From: Octopus sinensis
Lineage: Eukaryota
DNA length: 64,000 nt
Direction: 5' to 3'
NCBI RefSeq assembly: GCF_006345805.1
Contig: NC_043001.1
Coordinates: forward strand, 27,962,001 to 28,026,000
The notes under the pieces are model-generated. The model saw only the letters and a program-made list of their open reading frames with translations. It did no database searches and was not told where the DNA came from. Positions 38,125 through 50,679 of the stretch are shown here, piece by piece. Made by a program: the position numbers and the translations under genes. The stretch's first letter is position 1. The number at the start of each line of letters is the position of its first letter.

Positions 38125-38282
38125 AAGAGTCGGCAGAAGTTCGCCATTACCTTCTGCCAGAGCCGCGTGGAGCTTAGGTGCTTCGCTCATAAACACACAC
38201 ATCGCCTGGTCTGAGATTCGAACTCGCGATCCCTCGACTGCGAGTCCGCGGCTCTAACCACTAGGCCATGTGCCTCCACAAA
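38125..38282 (-). mobile_element. tRNA-derived SINE family D
   Basis: The minus strand reads GTGGAGGCACATGGCCTAGTGGTTAGAGCCGCGG...GAGTTCGAATCTCAGACCAGG...GAGCGAAGCACCTAAGCTCCACGCGGC. Confidence 0.85.
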
Positions 38283-38419
38283 TTTATGCGCGTATGACTG
38301 TTCGTATATTGCACACCACCATCAATTGCCGTATTTATCAGCCTGCGTTGGTGGACTACATGTGAACTCAGCTAAGATCTCTCTCGATCTCTCGCTCTCG
38401 CTCTCTCTCTCCTCTCTAA

Positions 38420-38860
38420 TAAACATCATTCTTGGTGAGTTCAACGTACACAAATCATTTTTGTTCTAGCATTGCTCGTATGCAGGCTGATTCTGTTACC
38501 AGCCTGTGGTGTCTCTACTGACTTCATAAACTATTCTAGTCATATCTTTGATCTACACACCGTCTATACGAACAAACCTTTCTCCATCTATTACTGATCC
38601 ATACTGGATTATCTACTCCTTTCCTCATCTCTCTCTCCCATTTTCAGTTTTAGTGCAACTAACTGGTCGAAGCTTCTGCAATTTAAGTCTGAAAACATGT
38701 TTTCAATGTTTAACTTCTTTCTTCTCTGACCAAACCGGAACATTTAATCAGGCGACCGACACTATGCGGTTATACCTCTTCACATCTGTCAACCGGTTTT
38801 ACTCCACTCTGTCGCATCATTACTTTCAGCGCAGGACACGGTTGCAAGCCTTCGAATGAA
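38420..38860 (+). mobile_element. Decayed LINE APE-endonuclease region (clade unresolved)
   Basis: NIILGEFNVH (GDFN.H motif), later HIFDLHTV (LDL motif) and FSATNWSK (A.W motif), with many stops and frameshifts. Confidence 0.5.
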
Positions 38861-39128
38861 GACTTCAGTCAGACGATGATTTCCCTGTATATATATATAT
38901 ATATATATATATATTTCAAAATGTAACCACATGTCGATCGTTGGCGATTTTTCACTCCGTCTTCCTTTTCTCTTGGACTTTCCTCTGTCTTCTGTTTCTG
39001 TCAGAAACGCAAAACCACCTTACTTTCCTTCCCTGAGCGTCTGCTAGTACATTGCGTGTATCACGTCCTCGTGTTGATGTTTTTTTCTTCTTGTGGTTTT
39101 TCTTCCTTTTTTTTTTTTGAAGCGGGAT

Positions 39129-39200
<72 letters not shown>

Positions 39201-39307
39201 AGTGAATCCAAGCAAAGAACAAACAAGAAAAACATCAACGCGAGGACGTGGTACAAGTATTGTATTATCGGACGCTCATTAAAGGAAGGAGCATGCATGT
39301 ATGCATG

Positions 39308-39326
39308 TATAATAATAATAATAATG

Positions 39327-39375
<49 letters not shown>

Positions 39376-39434
39376 TATAATAATAATAATAATGATAATA
39401 ATAATAATGATAATAATAAATAATAATAATAATA

Positions 39435-39467
<33 letters not shown>

Positions 39468-39496
39468 TAATAATAATAATAAGAGAAATGATAATA

Positions 39497-39536
<40 letters not shown>
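39308..39536. repeat. Long imperfect (TAA)n array
   Basis: Read directly from the sequence. Confidence 0.95.
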
Positions 39537-39831
39537 GGAATGATCAAGAAGGGAACCGAAAATTATATGAGAAGGATCCCTGTCTTACCATCCCTGCAAG
39601 AAGTGCAAAAGATTGTCTTAACTGATACATCACACGTATTGAGAAGAGCATTGTCGATGTGAGAACTGTTGCTGCTCATGTATTTTAATTTAACTTAAAA
39701 AAAAAAAAAAAATGAACGAACTATTGAGTTTGGTTTAATGGCCTACCAATGTATACTATGAGTTTCTTTGCCCTAGGAGTCGGGAAGACACTCGGCAAGA
39801 AATGGAAGCAAATTTGAAAGAAGAAAAAAAA

Positions 39832-39832
<1 letters not shown>
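39537..39832 (+). mobile_element. 5'-truncated R4/Dong-like non-LTR element 3' end inside (TAA)n
   Basis: Translates GMIKKGTENYMRRIPVLPSLQEVQKIVLTDTSHVLRRALSM*, the R4/Dong RLE C-terminal pattern (QK..L.GT.H.LR..L). The 3' UTR is shared with 55598-55779. (TAA)n on both sides. Confidence 0.85.
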
Positions 39833-39874
<42 letters not shown>

Positions 39875-40647
39875 TAATAATAATAATAATTAAAACAGCT
39901 GCTCTCAAACTTAAAATACGCTGTAGTGCTGCCATGCAAATAAGGAAAATAATTCTTTATAAAGCCAGAGTTTATTTACCATTACAACACACGAAAAACT
40001 AAGATGGCTTCATGCTCTCAAAATTGTAGTATACCTTCTGACCTCCTGTTAAACTAATATTTTATAAGATTCCACTCGTATATGTTTTATCAGTGTGAGG
40101 TTAAGCTTGTACCTAAAGGACCGCTCTACCATCACGTGCGTTGGCAGAGCTCTCTGTTGCCTTTAATTAACTTAGGTCTAACTTATTGTTCGGTTATACC
40201 AGCGACACTCATCTCTCTATGCAATAATGATCGTCTCGTTGTTATTTCTCAAATATTAAAGTATGCATATCACACTCCGTATCATGTATATATTATATAT
40301 ATATATATTAAGTATGAATCGATAGAACATCAGAGCTGTATTGTGATAGCTGGTAACATTCTTTTACGTTCTATGTTCAAATTCCGCACGAAATGCACTT
40401 AGCCTGAAATCATGTAGAACTTTACAGTAACTTTCTCGTTGGCTAGCTTTCAACAATTATCCATACATATATATATACATACATACACAAACAACCTCCC
40501 ACACACACACGTACATACATACATACAAACAAACATACATACATACATACATACATACACATACATACATACATACATACATACATACACACATACATAC
40601 ATACATACACGCACCTATATTTTCACATATATAATTCACATACATAC

Positions 40648-40789
40648 TGTTACATTTACTGGCTTCCACCAGAGGCAGAAGCCATGCAGGGGCAGCGAAG
40701 ACGAGCGCGTTCACGTGCAGACAGACGAAGTGAAGTTGACTGCAGCATGTCGAGAATTCGCCGGCTGCGTAGGGTCTTCTGGCACGTAC
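40648..40789 (-). CDS. Candidate exon in a CpG-rich island (unidentified gene)
   Basis: GC/CpG-rich stretch in an AT-rich background. Possible acceptor TTCCATTTCGTGTTCGTCGACGCAG and donor ACA|GTATGT (or CCA|GTAAAT at 40660). Open frame VRARRPYAAGEFSTCCSQLHFVCLHVNALVFAAPAWLLPLVEASKCN. The CAG|GTACGT junction could equally be a donor. Confidence 0.3.
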
Positions 40790-41074
40790 CTGCGTCGACG
40801 AACACGAAATGGAAGAGTGAAACACGAATAGCCCTTCCACAGCAACCTCGTCCGTGCAGCAATGTATATGCACTCGTATATATAGTACTTCCATACACAT
40901 GTGTGCATTTCATTTGTGCGTTTCCTTGATGTATATGAATTCACCCATGATATGTAAAAACAACCAGGGTACAAATGTTTCACAAATTCTTTTTCTGACA
41001 TTTTTTTCTTCCACATTTTCTCACCCACTCCCTCTTTGTCTAATTCTTTCTCACCCCCTTCTCTCTCGTTCTCT

Positions 41075-41123
<49 letters not shown>

Positions 41124-41261
41124 GAAGTCTTCCGTATTACTTTTGTGCAATTAACACTTAAAAGCAAATGAGATAACTCCCAGCATATACCGCAGCCACG
41201 CTCACAAGCACTCAAGAACACATTCTGACACAAGCACACACAGACACACATTCACACAACA

Positions 41262-41327
<66 letters not shown>

Positions 41328-41949
41328 ACGCACGCACACCAACGCATGGGCAATGCATAACGCGCGCATGGGCAATGCATAACGCGCACATGCAACATAC
41401 AAATTTAGATAAAATGCAATCTCAGATATGAGATACATGATACAATTAGAGAATGAAATGTCGGGACGAGATGTGTAGACGTGGGCAAATGGCAAACGAA
41501 ATTGTAACGTGTGTCACTCAATGCAAATGACAAACAGGTCATGTGGTTCGAAATAATAAAAGGAAAAGTATGAACAAAAAAAAAAAAAAGAAAAGAAAAA
41601 AAGAAACAGGGAAAATAAAATAGAAATCGGGAAGATTTCTGAGTCGCAAATCTGCAAGGCATTGTGGGAAGGAAAAGCTAAAAGAAATATAATTAGAACC
41701 AAAAGGAAAACAATATATGAAGAGCATAAAGGAGGAGTACGTATAGAAGTTGGTAAGAGAGTTCGACCTCGATGTCATTAAACACTTAAATTGCAGAGCA
41801 CTTAATGTAATTGCATCGTTTTTGCGTGTAGATGTATGTTTGTGTGTTCTGTAAGTATGTGATATATATATAAGTGTGTGTGTGTGTGTGAATGTGTGCG
41901 TTTATGCGATTGCATATATGTGTGTGTGAGTGTGTGCGTGTATTTATAC

Positions 41950-41987
<38 letters not shown>

Positions 41988-42036
41988 GTACACATATATC
42001 TATGTATGTATATTTATATATATAAATACATACATG

Positions 42037-42097
<61 letters not shown>

Positions 42098-42190
42098 TGT
42101 ATACATACATACATTACACGACAGAACGCGCGCATCCATTTCTAAGTAAATTTGTTCTTAATATATATATATATGTATACATACATGCAT

Positions 42191-42223
<33 letters not shown>

Positions 42224-42542
42224 CGTACATGTATATATATATACATGTATGTATAAATATCTGTATCTATATTTATCTATCTATCTGTTCATACATACAT
42301 ACATACACATACATGCATACATACATATATATTTATATACATACATACATACATACATACAAACACACATATATATATGAAATGTTCATATATTTACTCA
42401 ATGAGAAACAATCCATGAACTAGGTTCTTCGTATGTAATAGGATGAAACTCTGAGCAACCATGTGAAAAATCGACCGACCGATTACCTATAAATATAGAC
42501 TCTAACGTATGTATTGAGTGCCGTTTTGTTTGTACGCACAAA

Positions 42543-42543
42543 A

Positions 42544-42578
<35 letters not shown>

Positions 42579-42670
42579 GATGTGCTTTTGCCTCTGTGTG
42601 TGTGCACACATATATACATATACACACATACACACACGTGTATATATATATTTCTCTCTCTCTCTCTCCT

Positions 42671-42703
<33 letters not shown>

Positions 42704-42835
42704 GATGTGCTTTTGCCTCTGTGTGTGTGTGCACATATATATATATATATATACACATACACACACGTGTATATATATATTTCTCTCTCTCTCTCTCCTT
42801 CTCTCTCTCTCTCTATCTCCTTCTCTCTCTCTCTG
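42543..42835. repeat. Higher-order tandem repeat (~125-bp unit, ~2.3 copies) built from (CT)n(CA)n(TG)n(TA)n
   Basis: The unique spacer AGATGTGCTTTTGCCTCTG occurs at 42578 and 42703, and CACACGTGTATATATATATTTCTCTC is also repeated. Confidence 0.9.
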
Positions 42836-43388
42836 TATATATATACACACACACAAGCAAATCATGTATGAGTATAGCAGTATGTTTGTTTGTTTGTGTG
42901 TGTGTTTGTGCATGTGTGTGCGATTAGAACTCTCGAGATACCTGTCTGTATATGTATGTGTCGATGCATATGTATGAACGTGTATAGATGTGCATCTGTA
43001 TATGTACGCTTGTTTATCAGTAATTCATTAATAAAGGTGTGGTTGCACAAGAAAAGAATGTAATTTGCAACTGTGAAGTGCAGTGTATATGAAAGTGGAA
43101 TGCTTTCAACTGATAATTATTGCAACATTGCAATTAATGTCAAAAGCAGTAAGGAATTATTTGATTTGATTTTTTGTTTTTGTTTTTGATGTCGCAACAT
43201 TATGGTAAATAAAATTGCTTCAATTAATTCCGCTTAATGTGTTTTTATCATTTTTATGCTTACTTCCTTTGTCTTTCTTTCTTTCTTTCTTTCTTTCTTT
43301 TTTTCTTTCATTCTTTCATTTTTTTCTTTCTTTCTTACTCTTGCATTTTCTCTGTTGACAAAATGCGTTTGTGGAAAACACACACACA

Positions 43389-43429
<41 letters not shown>

Positions 43430-43492
43430 ATATATATACATATACATACACATATGTGCCTGTGTGTATATATGTATATAAGTGTACATATG

Positions 43493-43524
<32 letters not shown>

Positions 43525-43999
43525 CATATATAAATATATATATATAGTCGGTTGTATGTACTGATAGAAGTATTGACGTTTTGCGGTGATGGGCGGATTT
43601 TGAACTCGCACACTCAAATAATTCAGCCAACCTATTATCTTGGATTGGTAATTTTTTTTTTTTTGACAGCGCAACGATGATAGGCAAAGTCAACCTGGGA
43701 TTGATTTGATCTTATATCGCAAAGAATCAAGACAAATACCGACAGCCGTACTGTGCAGTATTCTATCATCACAAGCAGATGTCAAACCGGATATATTACA
43801 GCTATAGTTTAAAAAACCCGATGCCATCGAGTATTTCTTCCAACTTTTTATGTTTTGTCTTCAAAATTCACAAGGTCAACTTCAATTTTCATTTTTTTGT
43901 TTTCGACGAATCCCTTGTATTAAAATAGCTGGATTTGTGCCTAAATAAAAAAATAACCATTGGTTCTTTCAAAATATTTATTCCAACCTATAAACAATA

Positions 44000-44180
44000 T
44001 ACGGTGTTGCACGGCGGACAAAATGCTTAGCGTCATTTCGTCCGTTTTTATGTTCTAAGTTCAAATTTCACCGAGTTCTACTTTGCCTTTCATCCCTTTG
44101 GGAGTCGATAAAATAAGTACCAGTTGAGCATGGATTCGATGAAATTGACTTACCCCTCCTCCAAAATTGCTGGCATTGTG
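44000..44180 (+). mobile_element. SINE family A monomer (degenerate)
   Basis: AAATGCTTAGCG..ATTTCGTCCG..TTCTAAGTTCAAATTTCACCGAG..TTTGCCTTTCATCC..GTCGATAAAATAAGTACCAGTTG. Confidence 0.8.
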
Positions 44181-44499
44181 CAAAAATTTGAAACCAGTAT
44201 GTGGTGTCAGAGTATTTATTGCACAGAACGCTTTACGATATTTGTTCTGATTTCTTCACAGTTTTCGCTTTACTCAATTTCACTCAGGAAATTTAAGCTC
44301 ACCTTGTATGGTAAATGGCATGTAATGTATCGAACCTCAGAACTTGTGATTGTGAAGCGAGCTACTGACCACTTAACCTAGCTGCGTCGATATACATTCT
44401 TATACAGATACATATGTAGACATACATAGCAGACTTCCATAGAATTAAATATACTTTGTTTGTCCAGGACAAACTTCAAGATTTTTGATTAAATAAATA

Positions 44500-45600
44500 G
44501 TAAATAACTCATTCAGTGATTACAAGCTGAAGCCTGAATATATATTTCAGGTAAAGACATTGTAGCTTACAAAGGAATTGCCCGCAAGTATTATCTTCTT
44601 AACTGATGCTCCATTAAGCAGTCATATCAGATGTTTCCCATAACGACACGGCTATGTCGTTTCTTTAAGATAACCATGTAGGGCTTAATGTTGTGCTTCT
44701 TTCATCCAAAGCAACGATATTGAGTAACTCATCTATTTCTGTGTAAAGAACGTATCTAGGACTACATTACCCGTTAACTCCTATTTTAAGAAGAGATTAT
44801 GTAAGGAATGTGGGACACTTGTTTCTAGCGGTAGAGTGATAGAGTAGAGGCTTCCTCGTTATGTTGGTAGAGACTTTTGATGAATATAATTCTAGCGACG
44901 TTCTTGTTATTGAAATATTACTATGATCCTAGTTATTAGTATATCTATCTTCATCTGTCACGGCGGCTTGGTTCCAAATAACAAAAGAACAGTGATAGGT
45001 GAGTCATCTCCTCGCTCTTCGTAAATGTAATGAACAGCAAACCCATTGAGACCAAATTTTCGGCCCATGGCAATGAAGCTGCTATCATCGTCACGTATTT
45101 TTCTTGATCATCTGTCTTTTGTTACGATCATATGTATTCGTATATATTTCTATTCACTGGTTCTATGTTGATGGGAACAAATACGCAAATCCGTATAAAA
45201 TATATGCGACTTCGCAATATGTTCATGTAAACTAGTGTTTGTTAGTGGATTCTGGGTAGTTGGGCAAATTAGGTGTTCGCCGGGGTGCATGTCTGCGATA
45301 CAGATTCTTCGATTGATCGACGACTCATCTTATCACTGACCAATTCGTGATAAGCATAACATGGTTCACAACTGAATATACTGTGTTATCCTGGATCAGT
45401 GATAAACGAGCCTATATGCATTACATTTATGGTTGAAGTCCTTCTTACGCACAACATATTTGGAAGCATATCTTGCTATTTTTGAGTGTCATATAATTTC
45501 TAACAAAGGAAAGCTTCTCATATGAGCATCTTTTCTGAAGTCATGTGACACAATCAACATATTATTTCGTATGTAAGGGTCTTAAGTCCACCACTATCAT
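44500..45600 (-). mobile_element. Highly decayed Helitron Rep-region relic
   Basis: Minus-strand peptide fragments appear in Helitron order across frames: RSFPLL (cf. YPLLFP), NAYRL at 45408-45422 (cf. YAYRL), YLFPST (cf. ILPSSF), IAMGRKFG...LFITFT at 45020-45075 (cf. DAMA.VR..GKPDLFITFTCNP), RRDR..DILITR (cf. DRPD...RVF). The HUH motif is not recognisable. Confidence 0.5.
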
Positions 45601-45723
45601 TTTGACCAACAAATATTTTCTAGATCTTGTTTTAGATTCCAAAAATGTAAAGTAGCACAGGTTTTGCTTCATAGCGACAGAAGATTATTATGTCTACCTT
45701 TTCCTGCAGCCATAATAAATACA

Positions 45724-45770
<47 letters not shown>

Positions 45771-46284
45771 GTAAATAAATAAAAATATATTATATGTTAA
45801 GTGAAAAGACATGAAATTTTTTACAGTTTCATGCATTTTCCATCAGTAAGTTTAGTTATTTGTCGCCACTTCAACATGGCTGTTCCGTACGAACCAACGA
45901 TACTACCATTTTTAACCCCAAGAAGGTGTCTCCTCCAGCTGGTTATTGATGCAATCTGCACCCGATATATAACTAGCTAAGTTTAGTTATGTTCTTAGAA
46001 ACAGTTCTGATACGCTTGCAAAAATAACTCATGAACGAGTGAAAATAGAAAGACAGCTGTGTTACAAAGAAAAAACCTTCTACACTTTATTCCAAAAAAC
46101 TGCTTTATCAATCTCACTGGAAGAAATAAAGAAGACCCATGATTGCCTTGTTGAAAATCTGAAATCAACGACGTTGTTGTGATATAAAATATATAAATGA
46201 ATAAACGAGGGAGTAAAATGCTTCTCGTGACACATTCGCTCCCACATGGCCTTCTATATAATACTTTTTCTGCGACCTGCCAAG

Positions 46285-46408
46285 GAGGACAATACCTTTT
46301 ATCATTTCAGGGTTGATAAAGCAAGTACCAGCTGAGCACTGGGGTCGATGTAATTGACTTTCCCTCTCCCCTGAAATTTCTGGTCCTGTACCAAAATTGC
46401 AAACCATG
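46285..46408 (+). mobile_element. SINE family A 3' half with (ATT)n tail
   Basis: TTTCAGGGTTGATAAAGCAAGTACCAGCTGAGCACTGGGGTCGATGTAATTGAC, then an (ATT)n array. Confidence 0.8.
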
Positions 46409-46456
<48 letters not shown>

Positions 46457-46497
46457 TTATTATTATTATTATTATTATTATTATCATCATTATTATT

Positions 46498-46643
46498 GAT
46501 TGAGAGAGCAGTGCATACCATCAAAGTGATACTGAGGTAAAATATACGAAGCCCAGTATACCTATCATGACTACCTGTCTGATAAGGGTACACCAGGCAC
46601 ATGCATCACAACCATATGTGCGCAACATGGTGATCTCATATCG
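46498..46643 (-). mobile_element. Family E retroposon 3' end, 5'-truncated
   Basis: Reverse-complement match to 4045-4190. Confidence 0.85.
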
Positions 46644-46644
46644 A

Positions 46645-48900
46645 TACTGTATTGTGTTAGTATTTTTTCCTCATGAGGTGTGATGCAACCTTTTGTTGTG
46701 ATACTGCTTGTATTATGTGTTGAATGTGTAATGCTTTGGTTTCTGGCTTACTGGTAGAAGTTTATTTGACTGGGTAAATGCTGTTTCTCGTATCTTTTAT
46801 TTGAGGATTGTTTTGTTTAGGTTGTATTATTGGATTGATAGTGTCTTGCGTAGGATGTGTGCTGTTCCTGGCAAGGCTGTTTTTTGGACGGTACGCTTTT
46901 AGTAGTTTTCTGGTTTTTCTATCTAAGTTTCTCAATTCACTGATCTTCCAGTTTATTATGTTAAAGCTGTATGATTGGTATGGCTAGCGTGTTTATCCCT
47001 ATTATCTTTAGCATTAAGTTCAGTGTTTAATATTAGTCTAACTCATCTGTAATACTCTCTCAAAATTTTCTCTTTCATTTCTGTGTGTTGCACTTTAGCT
47101 GTTTCGTCTATTCCTAGATATTAGTATGGGCGGTTGTGGTCTAATTCTCTAATTCCTGTGTCTGTCGAGTGCAGTGTTTTCAGTGCTGAATAATTCGCCT
47201 CTTCTCAGTGTGACTCTGGCACATTTGTCCATCCCCATGCTCATTCCGATGTCATTGCTGAAACTCTGGACAATTTTGATAAGGTTTCTCTGTTCCATGG
47301 TGCTTTTAGCCAAAAGTTTTAGGCCATCAATGTATAGAAGATGGTTTATTTTTGCTTCATAGCACCTATAACCCTTAGTGGTTTCGTTTAACAACTTTGT
47401 TAGCAGGGTCAGAGAAAGGCAGAAAAGCAGGGATGACAATGAGTCTCCCTGGAAATTCCGTCTTCTTATTGGTATAGGGTAGGCTTTGATAACGTGAGTA
47501 ATTTTTTAAATGTTACATAAGGTTTCCAGTTTGCCATTGCGTATTTAATATATTTTAGTAGTGGCGGGGCTACCTTATTTGTGTGGAGAGATTCCAGTGT
47601 CCATGAGTGTGAAACACTGCTGGATGCTTTCTGGTAATCAATCCAAGTCATGTTCAGGTTTGTCTTTCTCCTTTTACATCCTGTATAATGGCTCGGTTTT
47701 CCCAGAAGTTGTTCCTTACAGCCATACATCCCTCTCCGGCAGCCACTTTATTCTTCTGGTAAGGCATTGTTGTTTTCCAGGTGCTTTATAGGCTGGTTAT
47801 AGGTGACTGATGTTAGAGTTTTGTAGGATGTTGATAGGCATGTTATTGGCCTGTAATTTTGTGGGTATGTGGTGTCTTTGTTTTTGGGAATCAGGGTGGT
47901 TTATCCTTCCAGCATCCAGTTTAGTATTGATTCTGGCTCACTTATCAATAAAATGAACGCTGCCGCTAAGTGGTTGTGGCTACTGGTGAGGTGTTTCAAC
48001 TAGAAGTTGGAGACCTTGTCTATTCCTGGAAATTCCCAGTTGCTGGTACTCCTCCGTGTATCTGTGACCTCTTGGGCTGTGAAGGTGGGCCATACCTGTT
48101 GTTCTATTGTGTTCTTCCTTTCCTTTTCCCTACTAATCCACTGAGCATTTTTTTTGTTTGCCTTATATTGCTTCCCAATGTAACTGAATCGATGATGTTG
48201 TTGGCATGGCATTTATCAATATACATTTTTTTGCTCAACTTTCTATAAAAAATGTTTGTGCTTATTTTGAATTCTCTATTTTGGTGGAAGAAGCGTTTCC
48301 GTTTTTCATACCATTTTATGCGGCAAGTTTTTGCTGCTATGCCATGGTCCTTTTTTTTTAATTTTTCATATTTGATCCCGTTTTCTCTAATTCGCAAAAT
48401 AATGATAAGTCTTTCTTACACTACTTCTGATTTTTATTTACTATGACCTGTTTCCATTTTGGGTTTTGAGATTTGGCTGGGATTTTTTTTTTCTTTGTAA
48501 GGGATATCCCTACAGCTGTGGAGTAGATCAAGTCATTTAATTTATTGATATCTAGCTTATTTTTTTATATGGGCATTATTAATTTTAAGGCTCTGTTGTA
48601 TCAATTTATCCTATCATGGAGCTATTTATTTTTCTGTAACCTGGGGAGATGTTTACGCTAAACCATATTTATCGACTGTGTGATGTTTAGTTCTTCTACT
48701 TTTGTTATTTCTTCAATCAGTTTGTCTCCGTCCTCGGTTATAGCTGATCTGTCATGGTGTGTGTTATTGTGTTTCTTGTCGTTTTGTGCTTCAGTAGTCG
48801 CCTGTCTGTGTTGTTGATTTGCTGTGCTGTTCTATTTATTTCTGGATTGGGTAGCTGTATAGAGATTTTACAATGGTTTAGCATTTTATTTATTATTTAC
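46645..48900 (-). mobile_element. R4/Dong-clade non-LTR retrotransposon relic (RT + restriction-like endonuclease end)
   Basis: Motifs in order: KWYEKRKRFFHQNREF..FYRKL; SNWEFPGIDKVSNF; GCKEQLL...NLNMTWIDYQKA...HSW; FQGDSLSSLLFCLSL; INHLLYIDGLKLLAK..FSNDIGM..GMDKCA; LDHNRP; VQKTALPGTAHILRKTL (~46840-46890). Many stops, frameshifts and deletions. Confidence 0.88.
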
Positions 48901-49056
48901 AGAGTTATCTCTGTTGTGCTCCCTTCTTTCTTTTGCAGTGACGTAATCGACTTAACTCCTCCTCCCAATTTCAGGCCTTGTGCCTATAGTAGAAAGAATT
49001 ATCATCATCTTCGTCGTCGTCGTCGTCGTCGTCATCATCATCATCATCATCATCAT

Positions 49057-49268
49057 CAAGCTGGTGAGCTGGTAGAATCGTTAGCGTGCCGGGGAAATGC
49101 TTTGCGGTATTCCGTCCATCTTTACGCTCTGAGTTCAAATTCCACCGAAGTCTGCTTTGCCTTTCATTCTTTCGGGGTCGATAAATTAAGTACCAGTCAA
49201 GTACTGGGGTCGTTATAATCGACTATTCCCTCTCCCAGATTTCAGCCCTTGTGTCAATAGTAGAAAGG

Positions 49269-49272
<4 letters not shown>
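49057..49272 (+). mobile_element. SINE family A monomer with (ATT)n tail
   Basis: GGTGAGCTGGTAGAATCGTTAGCG...GAGTTCAAATTCCACCGAAG...CCTTGTGTCAATAGTAGAAAGGATTATTATT. Confidence 0.88.
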
Positions 49273-49325
<53 letters not shown>

Positions 49326-49504
49326 AACAACAACAACAACAACAACAACAAAAACAACAATAATAATAATAAAAATGTTAATAATGATAATGATAGTTAG
49401 TATTCAGTAATCTTACATTTGTACATGTTTTGACTCTGCAAGCAGCTGCAATTCTGTATAACTTGGGTATATATTTAGTATTTTCCTTTAATCTTTGCTA
49501 GAGC

Positions 49505-49750
49505 ATATTCAAGAACGGATCGCAGTGTACGACGTGATCACAGAATGCCGAAAGCAAAAGTTCTGCTCTGTCGGACATGTCACGAGGTTCACAGACAGCT
49601 GGCGGATCCGTACAGTTGCTGAGTAGTATCCAAGAGTTCAGATGGCCTCCACGACGATGGGAAGACGATCTAGTAATGCAGTTTTGGTCAAGATGGAAAA
49701 GAATGGCGCAATCAAGACAGAATTGGAAGCGCATTGTAACCAGCGGTGTA
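49505..49750 (+). mobile_element. RTE-clade LINE 3' coding remnant
   Basis: RIAVYDVITECRKQKFCSVGHVTRFTDSWRIRTVAE*YPR ... PPRRWEDDLVMQFWSRWKRMAQSRQNWKR (cf. KW.WAGHV.R..D.RW....EW.PR...RP..RW.DD...W...A.DR..W). Confidence 0.75.
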
Positions 49751-50054
49751 TAATAGTATCTGATGATTTGGTCGATACCGTGAATAGCCTATAATGCTAT
49801 TTTCTGTAAGTCATTCCTATTTGATTACGTATTTGACTATAATTCGTTAAATCATTCTTAATGTTTTTCTTATCATAGATGTCATATCAATTTTCGACCC
49901 CCCCCCCCACATTCTGGTTACCGTTTTTATATTTGCACCATTTTCTCGTTCATTTTAACGATACATAATCATCTTTTAGTGCTTATATGTCAGTTAGAAG
50001 GTACTTCTTTTCCTGTTAGTACTCCACAGCATCAACATTATCTATAAATCTACC

Positions 50055-50633
50055 AAGGCGGCGAGCTGGCAGAATCGTTGGCACATCGGGCGAAATGCTT
50101 AGCGGTATTTCATCTGCCGCTACCTTCTGAGTCCAAATTTCGCTGAGGTCGACTTTGCCTTTCATCCTTTCGGGGTCGATTAAATAAGTACTAGTTACGC
50201 ACTGGGGTCGATATAATCGACTTGATCCGTTTGTCTCTCCTTGTTTGTCCTCTCTGTGTTTAGCCCCTTGTGGGTAGTAAAGAAATAGGTATTTCATCTG
50301 TCGCTACCTTCTGAGTTCAAATTTCGCTGAGGTCGACTTTGCCTTTCATCCTTTCGGGGTCGATTAAATAAGTACTAGTTACGCACTGGGGTCGATATAA
50401 TCGACTTGATCCGTTTGTCTCTCCTTGTTTGTTCTCTCTGTGTTTAGCCCCTTGTGGGTAGTAAAGAAATATGTATTTCATATGCCACTGAGTTCAAATT
50501 CCACCGAGGTCGACTTTGGCTTTCATCCTTTCGAGGTTGATTAAATAAGTACCAGTTATGCACTGGGGTCAATGTAATCGACTTAATCCCTTCCCCAAAA
50601 TTTGAGGCATTGTGCTTCCAGTAGAAAGGATTG
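50055..50633 (+). mobile_element. SINE family A trimer (tail B, tail B, tail A)
   Basis: GTATTTC junctions at 50104, 50288 and 50472 (period 184). TSD TCTATA(A/G)ATCTACC at 50041-50054 and 50634-50647. Confidence 0.92.
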
Positions 50634-50679
50634 TCTATAGATCTACCTATTTGTGTGGATTGGCATATCCCGTAATATA

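Noticed and set aside
37514-38257. Longest ORF in the window (247 aa)
   Set aside because: It is composed of (TA)n and (CT)n repeats plus the antisense of a family D SINE, with no domain-like content.
50055-50633. Regularly spaced repeats suggesting a CRISPR-like array
   Set aside because: The whole 184-bp unit is repeated with no unique spacers, it is SINE-derived and TSD-flanked, and there are no cas genes in this eukaryotic context.
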